Made by a program: the position numbers and the translations under genes
IMG/VR virus record: IMGVR_UViG_3300013767_000215
Span: 1-51,681 of that record
Strand: one strand, 5' to 3'
DNA: 51,681 bases
From: a virus
Taxonomy: Duplodnaviria > Caudoviricetes
Shown here: positions 1-9,491 of the stretch, one piece after another
Numbering within the stretch: the first letter of the stretch is position 1
Layout: each line of letters begins with the position of its first letter
Notes under the pieces: model-generated
What the model was told of the DNA's origin: nothing
Databases searched by the model: none
What the model saw: the letters and a program-made list of their open reading frames with translations, nothing else

Positions 1-312
1 TCAGGTGGGACTTTCGGGATGTGCTGCTGGAAGCAGCGGGATGGAGCCGGGCCGCAGAAGGAGAGAGGCGGCTAGGCGGGAAATTTCGTTAAGGTCTTCG
101 TTGCGGATCAGGCTATAGCCGCTGGATCCGACAACGGTGTTGGCGCGCATGATGAGGATGGCTTTGAGCAGGGCCATTTGTTCGCGCGCGATCTTGCGGA
201 CGGCGTCGGCGCAGATCTGGCCGGCGGCGTTCTTTTGTTCGGCGGTCGACGGGGAGAGGAGTTCGAGCTGGCCTTCGGGCGGGAACAGCTTCAGCGCTTC
301 GTCGAGGCGCAT
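1..312 (-). CDS. Hypothetical protein (MRLDEALKLF..., 103 aa)
   Basis: ATG at 312 follows the upstream gene closely; the longer ORF-track extension looks like shadow sequence. Confidence 0.45.
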   Translation of the reverse strand: MRLDEALKLFPPEGQLELLSPSTAEQKNAAGQICADAVRKIAREQMALLKAILIMRANTVVGSSGYSLIRNEDLNEISRLAASLLLRPGSIPLLPAAHPESPT

Positions 313-325
313 GCAGTGCTCCGGG

Positions 326-691
326 TTAGCTGGCGACGGCAGGGGCGAGCCGCGGGACCTCCTCGATGTCGTCGTTGAGAATGATCTGCAGGAAGCCGTC
401 GGGGAGGGCGCGGTTGCCGAGCTGGGAGATGAGCAGGCCGGTGACCATGGAGAGCTTGCGTTGGATCCTGGCGCGGCGCTCGCGCTCGTCCTCGTGCTTT
501 TGTTCGCACTTGTCGAGGCGCTCACTCAGGGCGTGCAGGCGGGCATCATTGGCGGTGCGGTAGGCGCGCAGCGCCAGGAGCGCGGCAGCGAGGGTCACCA
601 TGACGAACATCCAGAGGGCGAAGGCGCCGCTCCAGCCGCCCTGCTGCGAGGCCTGGATGCCATCCAGGAAGGATTTGAACAGGTCGCTCAT
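326..691 (-). CDS. Single-TM plus coiled-coil phage membrane protein (lysis cluster)
   Basis: Hydrophobic segment FALWMFVMVTLAAALLAL; ATGA overlap with upstream gene. Confidence 0.6.
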   Translation of the reverse strand: MSDLFKSFLDGIQASQQGGWSGAFALWMFVMVTLAAALLALRAYRTANDARLHALSERLDKCEQKHEDERERRARIQRKLSMVTGLLISQLGNRALPDGFLQIILNDDIEEVPRLAPAVAS

Positions 692-1188
692 GGATGCCTC
701 TGCGCCGGCGGCAGCTCGCGCAGCTGGCGCGCCTGGGCGGCCTGCTGCGCGGAGAGCTGGGACATGCGCTGATCGGCGCCGGCCTGGTGCTTGCGGATCT
801 CGTCGACGTCGGTGCCGAGCCGGGTCAGCTTGGCGCCCTGGGTATCAATCTTCGCGCCCAGGGCGGCGACGCCGGCGCCGAGGTCCTTGGTGGCCTGCAG
901 CTGCTGCTGGGCGACGTCGCGATCAGCGAGGTGCTCTTTCAGGTTGTCGCCGTGGAGCTGCAGGATCAGGGTTTGCGCGGCGAGGATCGCCGGCACACCC
1001 CACTTCGCCACCACCCAGACCAGCATGATGGCGCCGGCAAGAACGGTACCGAGCAGGCCCTTGCGGTCGACCACCTGCTCGATCATGCGCATCAGCAGGT
1101 GGTTATCGTCCGGCACCGACGCGGCGAGGGCCTCGTCGGCGTTGCGGCGAGGGCGCTCCTCGGGCTTCTGCTGCGCGCTGGGATCCAT
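688..1188 (-). CDS. TM plus coiled-coil phage membrane protein (lysis cluster)
   Basis: LLGTVLAGAIMLVWVVAKW segment followed by Q/A-rich coiled coil. Confidence 0.6.
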   Translation of the reverse strand: MDPSAQQKPEERPRRNADEALAASVPDDNHLLMRMIEQVVDRKGLLGTVLAGAIMLVWVVAKWGVPAILAAQTLILQLHGDNLKEHLADRDVAQQQLQATKDLGAGVAALGAKIDTQGAKLTRLGTDVDEIRKHQAGADQRMSQLSAQQAAQARQLRELPPAQRHP

Positions 1189-1230
1189 GGCGGTCCTGTG
1201 CTGAGCCGGCCGGCGCCGGCGGCGGGATGA

Positions 1231-1506
1231 TCAACCGACGTCGGCCTGCAGCTTGTCCTGCGCGGCCTGCCAGGCCTTGTCGAAGACCGTCCACTCATCC
1301 GGCGTGGGGTTGCGGTTCTGCGCCTGGCAGGTGGCGACCAGGGCACCGGCCTGCTTGGCCAGGTCGTAGGTGTCGGCGATCTCGCCGGCAATGGACTGGG
1401 CCAGGGCGAGGTCGCCAGTGGAGTGGGCGCCGTCCAGCTTGGTGAGCAGGGGGCCGATGGCATCGATCAGGACGGGCAGCAGCTGGAGCAGTGCGGCGAT
1501 GGGCAT
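1231..1506 (-). CDS. Hypothetical lysis-region protein
   Basis: AGGAG RBS upstream; co-oriented with lysis genes. Confidence 0.6.
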   Translation of the reverse strand: MPIAALLQLLPVLIDAIGPLLTKLDGAHSTGDLALAQSIAGEIADTYDLAKQAGALVATCQAQNRNPTPDEWTVFDKAWQAAQDKLQADVG

Positions 1507-1515
1507 GGCGGTCTC

Positions 1516-2193
1516 CTACTGGTGGCTGGTGAGGAACGAGGTGACAAGCGCCAGGTCGGACTGGACCGTCTGCAGCTGCGCCTGGGCGCCGCTGCCGTCG
1601 CCGGCGGCGAGCAGGGCCTTGGCGGTCTGCACGGCCGCCTGCAGCGTTTTGGACGCCTGGAGCACGCCCTGGGCCTCGGCCTTGGTGATCGAGCCGGACA
1701 GGAGCAGGCGGTCCGCCAGCGAGTCGGCGGAGGCCGCGGCGGCTTCGACGTAGACGATCGACTCGGCCGGGGTCTGAGGCGCCGGCGTGGTGGCGCAACC
1801 GGGTAGGACGAACAGGGCAAAGCTGGAGAGCGCGGCCGCGGCGAAGAGCAGGTTGATGCGGGCGAAGCCGGCCTGCTTCTGCGCCGGCGCCGCCGGTGGC
1901 ACCATCGTCATACCCTTGTTCAGGGTACTGTCGATCGCGAAGCCGGTGGTGAAGCCGCTGAGCAGCAGCTGCTGCAGCGACATGCCGGTGAGTGTGCCGG
2001 TGGCGAAGGTGGTGGCCACCGCGGCGAGCACGCCGCCAAGAGAGAGCACGGTAGCGCGCGGGTTGTCGCGGAACAGGTAGTCGACCAGGTTGCCGGTGAT
2101 CTCGCCCTTGGCCCAGCTCTTCACATAATGGGCGAGCATGCCGACGCCGGCGGCGCCGGCGAAGATCAGCAGGGACTGCAGCATCGGATTCAC
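1516..2193 (-). CDS. Multi-TM holin-like protein with an internal lipobox-like segment
   Basis: Three hydrophobic segments, then a second signal-like stretch ending LPGC; directly downstream of the endolysin. Confidence 0.55.
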   Translation of the reverse strand: MNPMLQSLLIFAGAAGVGMLAHYVKSWAKGEITGNLVDYLFRDNPRATVLSLGGVLAAVATTFATGTLTGMSLQQLLLSGFTTGFAIDSTLNKGMTMVPPAAPAQKQAGFARINLLFAAAALSSFALFVLPGCATTPAPQTPAESIVYVEAAAASADSLADRLLLSGSITKAEAQGVLQASKTLQAAVQTAKALLAAGDGSGAQAQLQTVQSDLALVTSFLTSHQ

Positions 2194-2226
2194 GAAGTAC
2201 TCCTTGGCCGGCGCGCCGGCGGATGA

Positions 2227-2619
2227 TCAGGGGAAGAAAACGCGGTGGCCGCTGGCCGGCGCTACCGTCTGCAGGTGGCACCAGCCCGGCGTGGTGTTGG
2301 GGGATTCCTGCCAGAGGCCGAGCTCCTCGAGCACCGCGGCGTTGTCGATGCACCAGCGGTCGATGTGGCCGTCGACGTCGTGCAGGTCGCAGGCCAGGGC
2401 CAGCATATGCTTGCTGTGCGGCGCGGCGCCCTGGGTGGCGGCGTTGAGGCTGGGCGGACGCCAGCCGCTGTTGACGTGGCCGTCGAAGCCGGAGTGCTGC
2501 AGGAAAGCATTGATCCTGGACACCGTCTCCGCGGCGTTGCTGGCGATTTCGGCGGTGTAATCGTTGGCATAGGCCTGGTCGCGGCCCATGAGATAGTCCT
2601 GGATGGAGAGCAGGCGCAT
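2227..2619 (-). CDS. Endolysin, peptidase M15 family
   Basis: SGWRP..N, SKHMLALACD (SxHxxxxAxD) and WCHLQ zinc-peptidase motifs; AGGAG RBS. Confidence 0.85.
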   Translation of the reverse strand: MRLLSIQDYLMGRDQAYANDYTAEIASNAAETVSRINAFLQHSGFDGHVNSGWRPPSLNAATQGAAPHSKHMLALACDLHDVDGHIDRWCIDNAAVLEELGLWQESPNTTPGWCHLQTVAPASGHRVFFP

Positions 2620-2637
2620 GGTTTCTCCTCCTACAAG

Positions 2638-5508
2638 TCAGTAGACGCGCACATCGCTGATATAGGAACTTCCGCCGAATGCCGTGCCGCCGGCGTGGAG
2701 TGACGACGTGGAGCTACTCGTCGTGCCCGGGGTGATCGTCGTCCAGCTCCCACTTCCTATCGCCGGGTACTGCGTCCCGCCCTCGATCTGATAGGTAGCG
2801 CCGCCGCCGGTCAGCCCCTGGATCTTCACGCGGTAGACGTAGCCACCTGTGTAGCCGCTGCCCACCGTGCCGCGGGCATTGCCGTTCTCGTAGACGTTGA
2901 TGACGCCGGAAGCCGCGAAGTTGACGGCGTGCGCGAAGTTCGAATAGCTCTGCCCGAGGCCGTCGCTCCAGCCGACCATGCCGGCGCCGGTGCTGCTGGC
3001 GTTGTTCGGGGTGAAGAAGTCGACCACGAGGGTCGGTTGCGTGCTGCGTGCGAAGCTGGACTGGGTATATAACCCGTTATCGCCCCAAGTGCCGTCACCG
3101 AACAGAGAGGTCCATTGGTACGTCGTGTTGATCTCGACGTTGCCGGTCGTCGACTGGGTGCGCGTCCAGGTCGTCGAGGTGTTGAGCGACGAGCCCATGA
3201 AGTCGTCGCGGAACGTATACGACCCGGTATGGACGGGGTCGGGGATGGCTGACCAGGTTGAGGGGCAGAGGATGAACGATAGGCTCCCGAGCGGGCTGCC
3301 GCCGGTGCTGGTGCCGGCGCCCGATTCCAGGTACCCGGCGACCTGTTTGCTGATCGGCAAGTTCAGCGATGAGCCCACGCGCTGCTGCGCCGAGTCGTTG
3401 ATCTCGTTCCAAAGGTTGATGCCTATCCCGGAACCGCTGGTGCCGCCGTAGCGGAGGATCAGCCACGTGAGGTTGAAGGTGGTGTTCTGGACGACGATGG
3501 CGCCGTACGGCCCCGGCAGGAACGGCACGTCCTGCGTCGCGGCGGTGATCGCGACCGTGCGGACCTGCGACTCGGCCAGCGTTTGCAGGCGCGAGTAGTA
3601 GGTCGTCCACGGGTCGGAGTAGGTCGCCGCTGACGGATTCAAGATGATTGCCGCGGCGTCCGAGCCCAGGCCGGTCAGCGTCGTGTTGCGGAGCGGGAAG
3701 AACTGGCTGGGGTTGCGCTGCTCGGCACGGCCCGAGCCGCCGAGCGTGGTGTTGTAGCTCGCCAGCAGCAGCTTGGTGGTGCCGGAGTTGACGGCGTACG
3801 TGAAAGAGCCGACCTGCAGCGGCTCGATCGCGTCTGGCTCCAGCGACGCCGCCAGATACTTCGCGTAGCCGGCGCCGGGGATCGTTCCGCCCGACCCATT
3901 ACTGGCGGAGGTGATGCGACCCTTGGAGTCGACGGTCAGGTTCGTGTTGGTGTAGCTGCCCGCGGTCACCGCCGTATTCGCTAGGGTCAGCGCGCCGCCA
4001 GACGACAGCGTGGCGTCGCCCGACACGGCGTTGAAAGACGGGTCTGCCGTACCGCCTTGGTCGACCAGCACGCGCCCCGCGGTTCCGACCGTTGCGGCGC
4101 CGATATTGCTCGTCCCTTGCCCCAACAGAACGGAGTGCGATGTCAGCGTCGCCAGACCAGTACCGCCGTGCGCCACCCCCAGGGTGCCGCTCAGGTCAGA
4201 GGCGCTGCCGCTCGTGGCGACGGTGGCCAAGCCCGACACGGCTGCCGCGGCAATGGCGATCGCCGGGCTGCTCAACGATGTGGCGCGTCCCTTCGCGTCG
4301 ACGGTCAGCGAGACCGAGTGCGCGCCATCCCCGTAGTTGCCAGCCGTGACGCCGCTGTTCGCCAGCGTGAGCGCTCCGCCCGCCGTGAGCGTCGCGTCGC
4401 CGGACACTGCCATGAAGGCGGGGTCAGCGCCGGCGCCCTGGTCGACCAGGGCGCGCCCGCCCGTTCCGATGGTGGCGAAGGTCGGGTTGCCGGTACCGTT
4501 GCCGAGCAGCACACCGTGGGCGGTCAGGGCGGCAAGCCCCGTGCCGCCGCGCGCGACGCCCAGTGTCCCGGCGGTCAGGTCCGAGGCGCTGCCACTGGTC
4601 GCTACCGGCGCCAGGCCAGACACATCGCCGCTCGAGATGGCCAGCAGCGTCTTCGCCTGGGCGGCGGTGAGATCGGAGATATTAGAGGTTGCGCCGACGT
4701 TATTGCCCTTGAGCGTCAAACCGGGCGCCTGGGCCAGCTTCGCGTTGGTGATCGCATTGCTGCTGACGAGGGCGGTGCCATTCACCTGCAGGCCGATGTC
4801 GCCGCCCAGGGTGATGCCCGCGGGGGGGCCGGAGTTCTGGCCAATCAGGATCTGCGCCGGGTTCACCGTGATCGACTGGACGGCGACGCCGCCGCCGGCG
4901 GCGAGTATCTGATTACTCGTCGCCCCGGCCGACGATAGCGGCGCGTAGCCGAGCGCCGCCTGTCCGATCGACCAGTTCGCCGAGGTCTGCCCCGGCGCGT
5001 CGGCCATGGCGCGAACGGTATCGCCCGGCACCACCGCGGTTCCCCCGAGCGTGCCCGCGACCGAGACGATCCAGGTATCGGCCCTCAGCACCGCACCGGC
5101 GGCCCCGGAGCCGCCCGAGATCGGGAACAAGTTGCCCGAGGCATCGAAGGTGCCGCGGTCGTTCCATAGGCCCGCAGGGACGCCACCGCCAGAGCCATTG
5201 GAAGCCGCCGTCAGCCGGCCATCCGCCCCGACGGTGATGTTCGAGTTCGTGTAGCTGCCGGCAGTGACGGTGGTCGCCGGCATGCGCCCAGCAGGGAGAG
5301 TGCCGGTCCCGAGGTCCGAGGCGCTGCCGCTGGTGGCCACCGGCGCCAGGCTACCGCCGGAGCCGGCCGAAGGCAGGGTGCTGCTGCTGCCCTGGATGGT
5401 CAGCGGCGTGCGCTGGCCGCTGGGGTCGGACACATAGACCGTGGTGTCGCCCACGGCGCCGCCGGCGGCGGCCCAGAGGGCGGCCGCAAGGAAGAGGAGC
5501 TTTTTCAT
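2638..5508 (-). CDS. Long tail-fibre-like protein (956 aa) with G/S/T/A-rich repeats and a C-terminal beta-rich domain
   Basis: Three LA(P/T)VATSGSASDL repeats and three VTAG.Y....TV...GR.T repeats typical of phage fibres; ATG 5508 overlaps the upstream stop (ATGA). Confidence 0.75.
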   Translation of the reverse strand: MKKLLFLAAALWAAAGGAVGDTTVYVSDPSGQRTPLTIQGSSSTLPSAGSGGSLAPVATSGSASDLGTGTLPAGRMPATTVTAGSYTNSNITVGADGRLTAASNGSGGGVPAGLWNDRGTFDASGNLFPISGGSGAAGAVLRADTWIVSVAGTLGGTAVVPGDTVRAMADAPGQTSANWSIGQAALGYAPLSSAGATSNQILAAGGGVAVQSITVNPAQILIGQNSGPPAGITLGGDIGLQVNGTALVSSNAITNAKLAQAPGLTLKGNNVGATSNISDLTAAQAKTLLAISSGDVSGLAPVATSGSASDLTAGTLGVARGGTGLAALTAHGVLLGNGTGNPTFATIGTGGRALVDQGAGADPAFMAVSGDATLTAGGALTLANSGVTAGNYGDGAHSVSLTVDAKGRATSLSSPAIAIAAAAVSGLATVATSGSASDLSGTLGVAHGGTGLATLTSHSVLLGQGTSNIGAATVGTAGRVLVDQGGTADPSFNAVSGDATLSSGGALTLANTAVTAGSYTNTNLTVDSKGRITSASNGSGGTIPGAGYAKYLAASLEPDAIEPLQVGSFTYAVNSGTTKLLLASYNTTLGGSGRAEQRNPSQFFPLRNTTLTGLGSDAAAIILNPSAATYSDPWTTYYSRLQTLAESQVRTVAITAATQDVPFLPGPYGAIVVQNTTFNLTWLILRYGGTSGSGIGINLWNEINDSAQQRVGSSLNLPISKQVAGYLESGAGTSTGGSPLGSLSFILCPSTWSAIPDPVHTGSYTFRDDFMGSSLNTSTTWTRTQSTTGNVEINTTYQWTSLFGDGTWGDNGLYTQSSFARSTQPTLVVDFFTPNNASSTGAGMVGWSDGLGQSYSNFAHAVNFAASGVINVYENGNARGTVGSGYTGGYVYRVKIQGLTGGGATYQIEGGTQYPAIGSGSWTTITPGTTSSSTSSLHAGGTAFGGSSYISDVRVY

Positions 5509-6251
5509 AGTCCGGTGCGGTTGAGACGCCAGGAAGAGGAGTCGAGGACCACGGAGTCCGCGTTGTTCTGCAGCCAGAGGCGCGTCTGCAGGTTGATGTT
5601 CTGGGTGGCGAGATTGACGGCGACCTGGCCGCGCAGCTGCAGCCAGTTGGCGGTCTCGTTCAGGTCCACCGTGGTGATCAGGGTGTGCGGGGCGTTGTTG
5701 TTGACGATCAGCCGGGTGCGGACGACCACACTGCCGGTGACGCCGGCGTCGAAGTTGGCCAGCAGCGAACCGCTGATGTCGGCGTCGACGCAGGCGCGCA
5801 GGTACTTGATGCCATGGGTGGCACCCTGCGTGATATAGGCTTGGATCACGCCTTCGACGATGTCGTTGGGCTGCAGCGTGCCGGCGGCGATCGTGCGCGA
5901 GTCCACCACTGTTTCGGCGATGGTGGAGTTGTACGATGCGGCGGGGTTGGCGGCGCCGCTCCACGGCGGCAGGATCGCGGCGCCGGCCTCGGCAAACCGG
6001 AACAAGACCCAATGCGCCGCATCGAGCGCAGGGTCCGCCTGGGCATTGTTGATGGCAGCGCTGCACTTGTAGATGGCACCGCTGCCACTGCGTGCCAGCT
6101 GCGGCGGCGCGTAGTTGCCGCCGGCGATGAAGTCAGGCACATCGCCAGTGGTATAGCCCTGGAACGTATCCCGATGCACGCGCGAGAAATTGGCGTTGAG
6201 TCCGGCGGCGACGCCGGCCGTCATCCTCGTCAGGAAGGTGAAGAGACTCAT
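5505..6251 (-). CDS. Hypothetical tail-associated protein
   Basis: 248-aa ORF coupled to the fibre gene in the tail-fibre cluster. Confidence 0.6.
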   Translation of the reverse strand: MSLFTFLTRMTAGVAAGLNANFSRVHRDTFQGYTTGDVPDFIAGGNYAPPQLARSGSGAIYKCSAAINNAQADPALDAAHWVLFRFAEAGAAILPPWSGAANPAASYNSTIAETVVDSRTIAAGTLQPNDIVEGVIQAYITQGATHGIKYLRACVDADISGSLLANFDAGVTGSVVVRTRLIVNNNAPHTLITTVDLNETANWLQLRGQVAVNLATQNINLQTRLWLQNNADSVVLDSSSWRLNRTGL

Positions 6252-6263
6252 GCGCAGGTCCTG

Positions 6264-6277
6264 TTTCCCATGGGAAA
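6264..6277. repeat. Palindrome TTTCCCATGGGAAA, copy 1 of 7 (putative parS-like site)
   Basis: Exact 14-bp palindrome; intergenic. Confidence 0.9.
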
Positions 6278-6287
6278 TGCGGAGAGG

Positions 6288-6746
6288 TCAGCTCGGCGAG
6301 ACCGGCCAGATCACAGTCGCCGGATCGGAGTACTTCTGCGGCAGGTCGCGCAGGGCCTGGCGGTAGATCGCCCATTTCGATTTCAGGCCGGATGCCAGGG
6401 GCGAATCCGGCAGCTGCGTCCAGTCGCAGGCTTCGACCAGGTCATCACGGCGCGCGCGGATCAGCGGCCACGTCCAGATTTGCGGCTTGGGGCCGACGTC
6501 GACGAGCTTGCCGTCGATCAGGGCCACAGTGGCCTGGCGGCCGAGCCAATCGGCCCAGATCTCGCTGGAGATCTCGATCGCGTTGGAGGGGATGGAGCAG
6601 GCAGGATTGGGCTGCAGCTCCGTGGTGGGTTCGCCGCCTTCCTGCGCCGGGGGCACAGTGACTTCCACCTGGCGTGGACCATGGATGTCCTCGCTATAAA
6701 AAGCCAGTAGGCGCCCGTTGCCATCGACTACTGCAAATCGCTTCAT
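6288..6746 (-). CDS. Tail fibre assembly chaperone
   Basis: C-terminal IRARRD.L..CDWTQLPDSPL...W..YRQALRDLPQ motif. Confidence 0.85.
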   Translation of the reverse strand: MKRFAVVDGNGRLLAFYSEDIHGPRQVEVTVPPAQEGGEPTTELQPNPACSIPSNAIEISSEIWADWLGRQATVALIDGKLVDVGPKPQIWTWPLIRARRDDLVEACDWTQLPDSPLASGLKSKWAIYRQALRDLPQKYSDPATVIWPVSPS

Positions 6747-6749
6747 CGA

Positions 6750-7367
6750 TCAGTACCCCAAGGAGATATAGGCGAAGCCATCCTCGTTGTCGCTCGAGGA
6801 GGCCTGCGTGTAGACCTTGCCGGTCGACGCCGTCGTGTTTGCGCGATCCCACTGCGGCCAGCTGTCCTCGAACGTGCTCTCGGCGCTGTTGACCGCCTGC
6901 GGGATCAGGCAGAGACAGGCGTTGGGGAAAGTCACCGGGAAGCTGAACGCCTGGACGCCCTCGCCGAACGGGCCATTGACGTAGGCCCACTGCAGGATGA
7001 AACCGCCCGGAAACTTGTAGTAGCCGTTGCCGGTGAGACTGACGCCGCCGGTGAGCGACGCCGGGGTGACGGCCTTGCTCGAGCTCGTGCCGGCCTGGAC
7101 GTCGGAGTAGCTGGCGAAGGGCACGGCGGCGCTGCTGATCAGCGCCTGGATGGCGTCGCGCAACTGCGTATAGACCGCGCGGTTGGGCGTGATGCCGCCG
7201 GCGATGATGGCGTTGCGGATCTCCTCGACCAGGCCATCCATGTACCAGCCTTCCAGCACTGTGCGGGGCTTGACGCCTGGCACGCCGCTGGTGAAATGGC
7301 CCGCCGCGACCGCGGCAGGCAACGCATCGGGTGCAGCTGAGGCGGTGGCGCCGTCGTAGCGATCCAT
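6750..7367 (-). CDS. Short tail fibre / baseplate-attachment protein
   Basis: N-terminal EEIRNAIIAGGITP...QL..AI anchor; C-terminal NGYYKFPGGFILQW...FPVTFPNAC motif. Confidence 0.8.
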   Translation of the reverse strand: MDRYDGATASAAPDALPAAVAAGHFTSGVPGVKPRTVLEGWYMDGLVEEIRNAIIAGGITPNRAVYTQLRDAIQALISSAAVPFASYSDVQAGTSSSKAVTPASLTGGVSLTGNGYYKFPGGFILQWAYVNGPFGEGVQAFSFPVTFPNACLCLIPQAVNSAESTFEDSWPQWDRANTTASTGKVYTQASSSDNEDGFAYISLGY

Positions 7368-7368
7368 A

Positions 7369-7908
7369 TCAGGTAGTCGAGAAGATCAGCGTGGTGTGGG
7401 CCTGGTTGAGCGCCTGCATCTCGCACTCGAGCACTGCATCGAGCGCTGGGCAGACCACTTCCCAGACGAAGAACCATTCCTCGCCACCCACCGGGTCGCC
7501 CATGCCGTTCAGCCCCATGCGGAACGGGGCGAAGTTGCGGACGGCGATGGTGTAGCCGAGGTTTGCCGCGTATTGCATGTACCAGGCGGCGGAGTCGCCG
7601 CCGAGCGAGACAAAGCGGGCCTTCACCTGGTCCTGCTGCTGCTGCAGGGTCGGGTTGGGCCCAGCGCAGGGATCCGGCAGGCCCAGGGTCTGCTGCCATT
7701 CCGGCAGCAGCTGCACCGGCGCGGTCGGGAAGGCGTCGGCCAGCAGGTCATTGGCGGCCACCACGGTGCGCGCCGGGCTCTTGGCCAGGGCGGATAGCGC
7801 CTTGGTCTGGGTGGCATCCGGATCACGCGGCCAGGCGCGGCCGCGCGGCATCAGCGCCTGGAGCGCGGCGAGGAAATCGTCGCTGGTGTAGGCGGGGGCG
7901 GCCATCAA
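7369..7908 (-). CDS. Baseplate protein, YmfQ/DUF2313 (Mu gp48-like)
   Basis: LQALMPRGRAW, LLPEWQQTLGLPD, LEC...AHT motifs. Confidence 0.88.
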   Translation of the reverse strand: MMAAPAYTSDDFLAALQALMPRGRAWPRDPDATQTKALSALAKSPARTVVAANDLLADAFPTAPVQLLPEWQQTLGLPDPCAGPNPTLQQQQDQVKARFVSLGGDSAAWYMQYAANLGYTIAVRNFAPFRMGLNGMGDPVGGEEWFFVWEVVCPALDAVLECEMQALNQAHTTLIFSTT

Positions 7909-9041
7909 ATGTAGGTGACGGTATGCAGCACCGGCAGCTGGCCCACCGGCGGCGTGATGTTGCCGGGCGCGCCGCCGTTGATCTGCGTGATGACGAAGCC
8001 GGTGGTGAGCGGCACGGCGGCGATCGCCGACTCGATATCGCTCAGCGCGACCGTGTCGCCCTTGGGCGAGCCCTCGCGCAGGAACACGTCGCTGATCGCC
8101 GCGGCGATGGCGCTGCGAGTTGCACCGGAGCTGCCGGACAGGCCGCTGATGGTGAAGTCGACGTTGTAGGCGGTGGGCGCCACCACGTAGACCAGGGCCG
8201 TGACCGGCTGCACGCCGTAGATGTAGTTGGCCACGTTGAGCTGGTCGCCAGTCGCAGCCGTGTCGCGGGTCTCCGCTGCGGCAACGCCGTTAGTGCCCTG
8301 GGGGAAGCCCCCATGCGCTGCCTCGGCGATGTCCAACATCACATAAACTACGACCGTGCCGCTGCCCATGCCATTGGCGATACACCAGGCGCGCGTGACG
8401 CCGGCGACCTGCTTGGCCCAGTTCGGGTAGTTGCTGGCAGTGCCGATGACCGGGGTGGCCTGGTAGGCGGCCAGGACGCGGCTGCGGAAGGCATCGTTGG
8501 TTTCCAGGTCCGCGCCGCCGGTGAATGCCGAGGCGGCAACGCCGGCTGAGTTGAGGCCAGCGATCGCTGCGCCCAGCGTCAGCACTGTGCCAGCATCGCA
8601 GTTGCCGAAAGCGCCGGTAAGCCCGCCGGGATCTGCGACGGCCTGGGCGGTGACTGTGACACTGCCGGCGGCCACCAGGCCGCCAGCGGTGACGAGGTAC
8701 TCGGTGCCGTCGCCACGCACCAGCAGCGTACCATTCGGCAGGCTGGTGCCGTTGGTGCCGGCGAAGGTCGCCGTGCCGCTGGCCTGCGTCGCCGCTTCGC
8801 GGAACACGTCGCGCAGCGCGCCCCAGGCCTCGAGGAACTCGTCCTCGGACGTGAAGGGCACCGCCTGCTTGGCGATCCAGTCCAGGTAGCCCTGGTCCAG
8901 GTTCTCCATCGCGGCCTGCACCGCCCCCATGATCTGCAGGTTGGAGTAGCGCAGCAGCGGGTCCGAGCCGGGCAGCGCGGCGGCAATATCCTGCGCCACC
9001 TGGGCGCGGAGCTGCGTCAGGGTGGGGCGGGAACGAGGCAT
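7905..9041 (-). CDS. Baseplate J / Mu gp47-like wedge protein
   Basis: RPTL..L, GGADLETNDAFRSR, WAKQVAGVTRAW, G.GTVVVY motifs. Confidence 0.9.
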   Translation of the reverse strand: MPRSRPTLTQLRAQVAQDIAAALPGSDPLLRYSNLQIMGAVQAAMENLDQGYLDWIAKQAVPFTSEDEFLEAWGALRDVFREAATQASGTATFAGTNGTSLPNGTLLVRGDGTEYLVTAGGLVAAGSVTVTAQAVADPGGLTGAFGNCDAGTVLTLGAAIAGLNSAGVAASAFTGGADLETNDAFRSRVLAAYQATPVIGTASNYPNWAKQVAGVTRAWCIANGMGSGTVVVYVMLDIAEAAHGGFPQGTNGVAAAETRDTAATGDQLNVANYIYGVQPVTALVYVVAPTAYNVDFTISGLSGSSGATRSAIAAAISDVFLREGSPKGDTVALSDIESAIAAVPLTTGFVITQINGGAPGNITPPVGQLPVLHTVTYI

Positions 9042-9044
9042 GGG

Positions 9045-9491
9045 TCAGCTCAGTTGCTTCCAGCTCCACTGGAACTTCAGCGGCACCGTGGTGCCGTCCG
9101 TGCGATTGATCGTGATCTCCACGCCGAGCATCTCGCGGGCGGGGAAGAAGGCATTGACGTCGACCGAGGCGGCGACGCCGTCGTCGATCAGCCACTGCAG
9201 CGCCTCGGCGCAGTAGTCCTGGCAGCGATTGAGTACGGCCTGCGTCTGCGTGGAGCGGTCCAGCAGCCAGAGGCGCGAGCCGATCGGGTAGCGCGGATCC
9301 GTGTCGCCCCACCAGCCGCGTGGGTTGGTGCTGCCATCCGGGATTACGTCGTCTGGCGCGGCGATGCGGTCAGTGAAGAGGCTGATGATGACCGCCGTCT
9401 CCAGGTCGTTGCCGTCCTGGAGCTTCTGGCCGACCAGCACCCAGTCGCCGCGGCCATTCTGCACGTCCCAGATGGTGGCGGTGTCGCTCAT
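9045..9491 (-). CDS. Mu gp46-like baseplate protein
   Basis: LETAVIISLFTDR, RGWWGD, IGSRLWLL, EALQWLIDDG motifs. Confidence 0.9.
   Translation of the reverse strand: MSDTATIWDVQNGRGDWVLVGQKLQDGNDLETAVIISLFTDRIAAPDDVIPDGSTNPRGWWGDTDPRYPIGSRLWLLDRSTQTQAVLNRCQDYCAEALQWLIDDGVAASVDVNAFFPAREMLGVEITINRTDGTTVPLKFQWSWKQLS

Noticed and set aside
5509-6066. N-terminal extension of the fibre ORF to 1142 aa
   Set aside because: Arg/Pro-rich out-of-frame overlap with 5505..6251; ATGA coupling supports the start at 5508
2638-7367. Tail fibre genes as remote DGR targets
   Set aside because: No match to the TR or the GTCCGCGCGGTGCGCTCGG 3' constant region seen by eye
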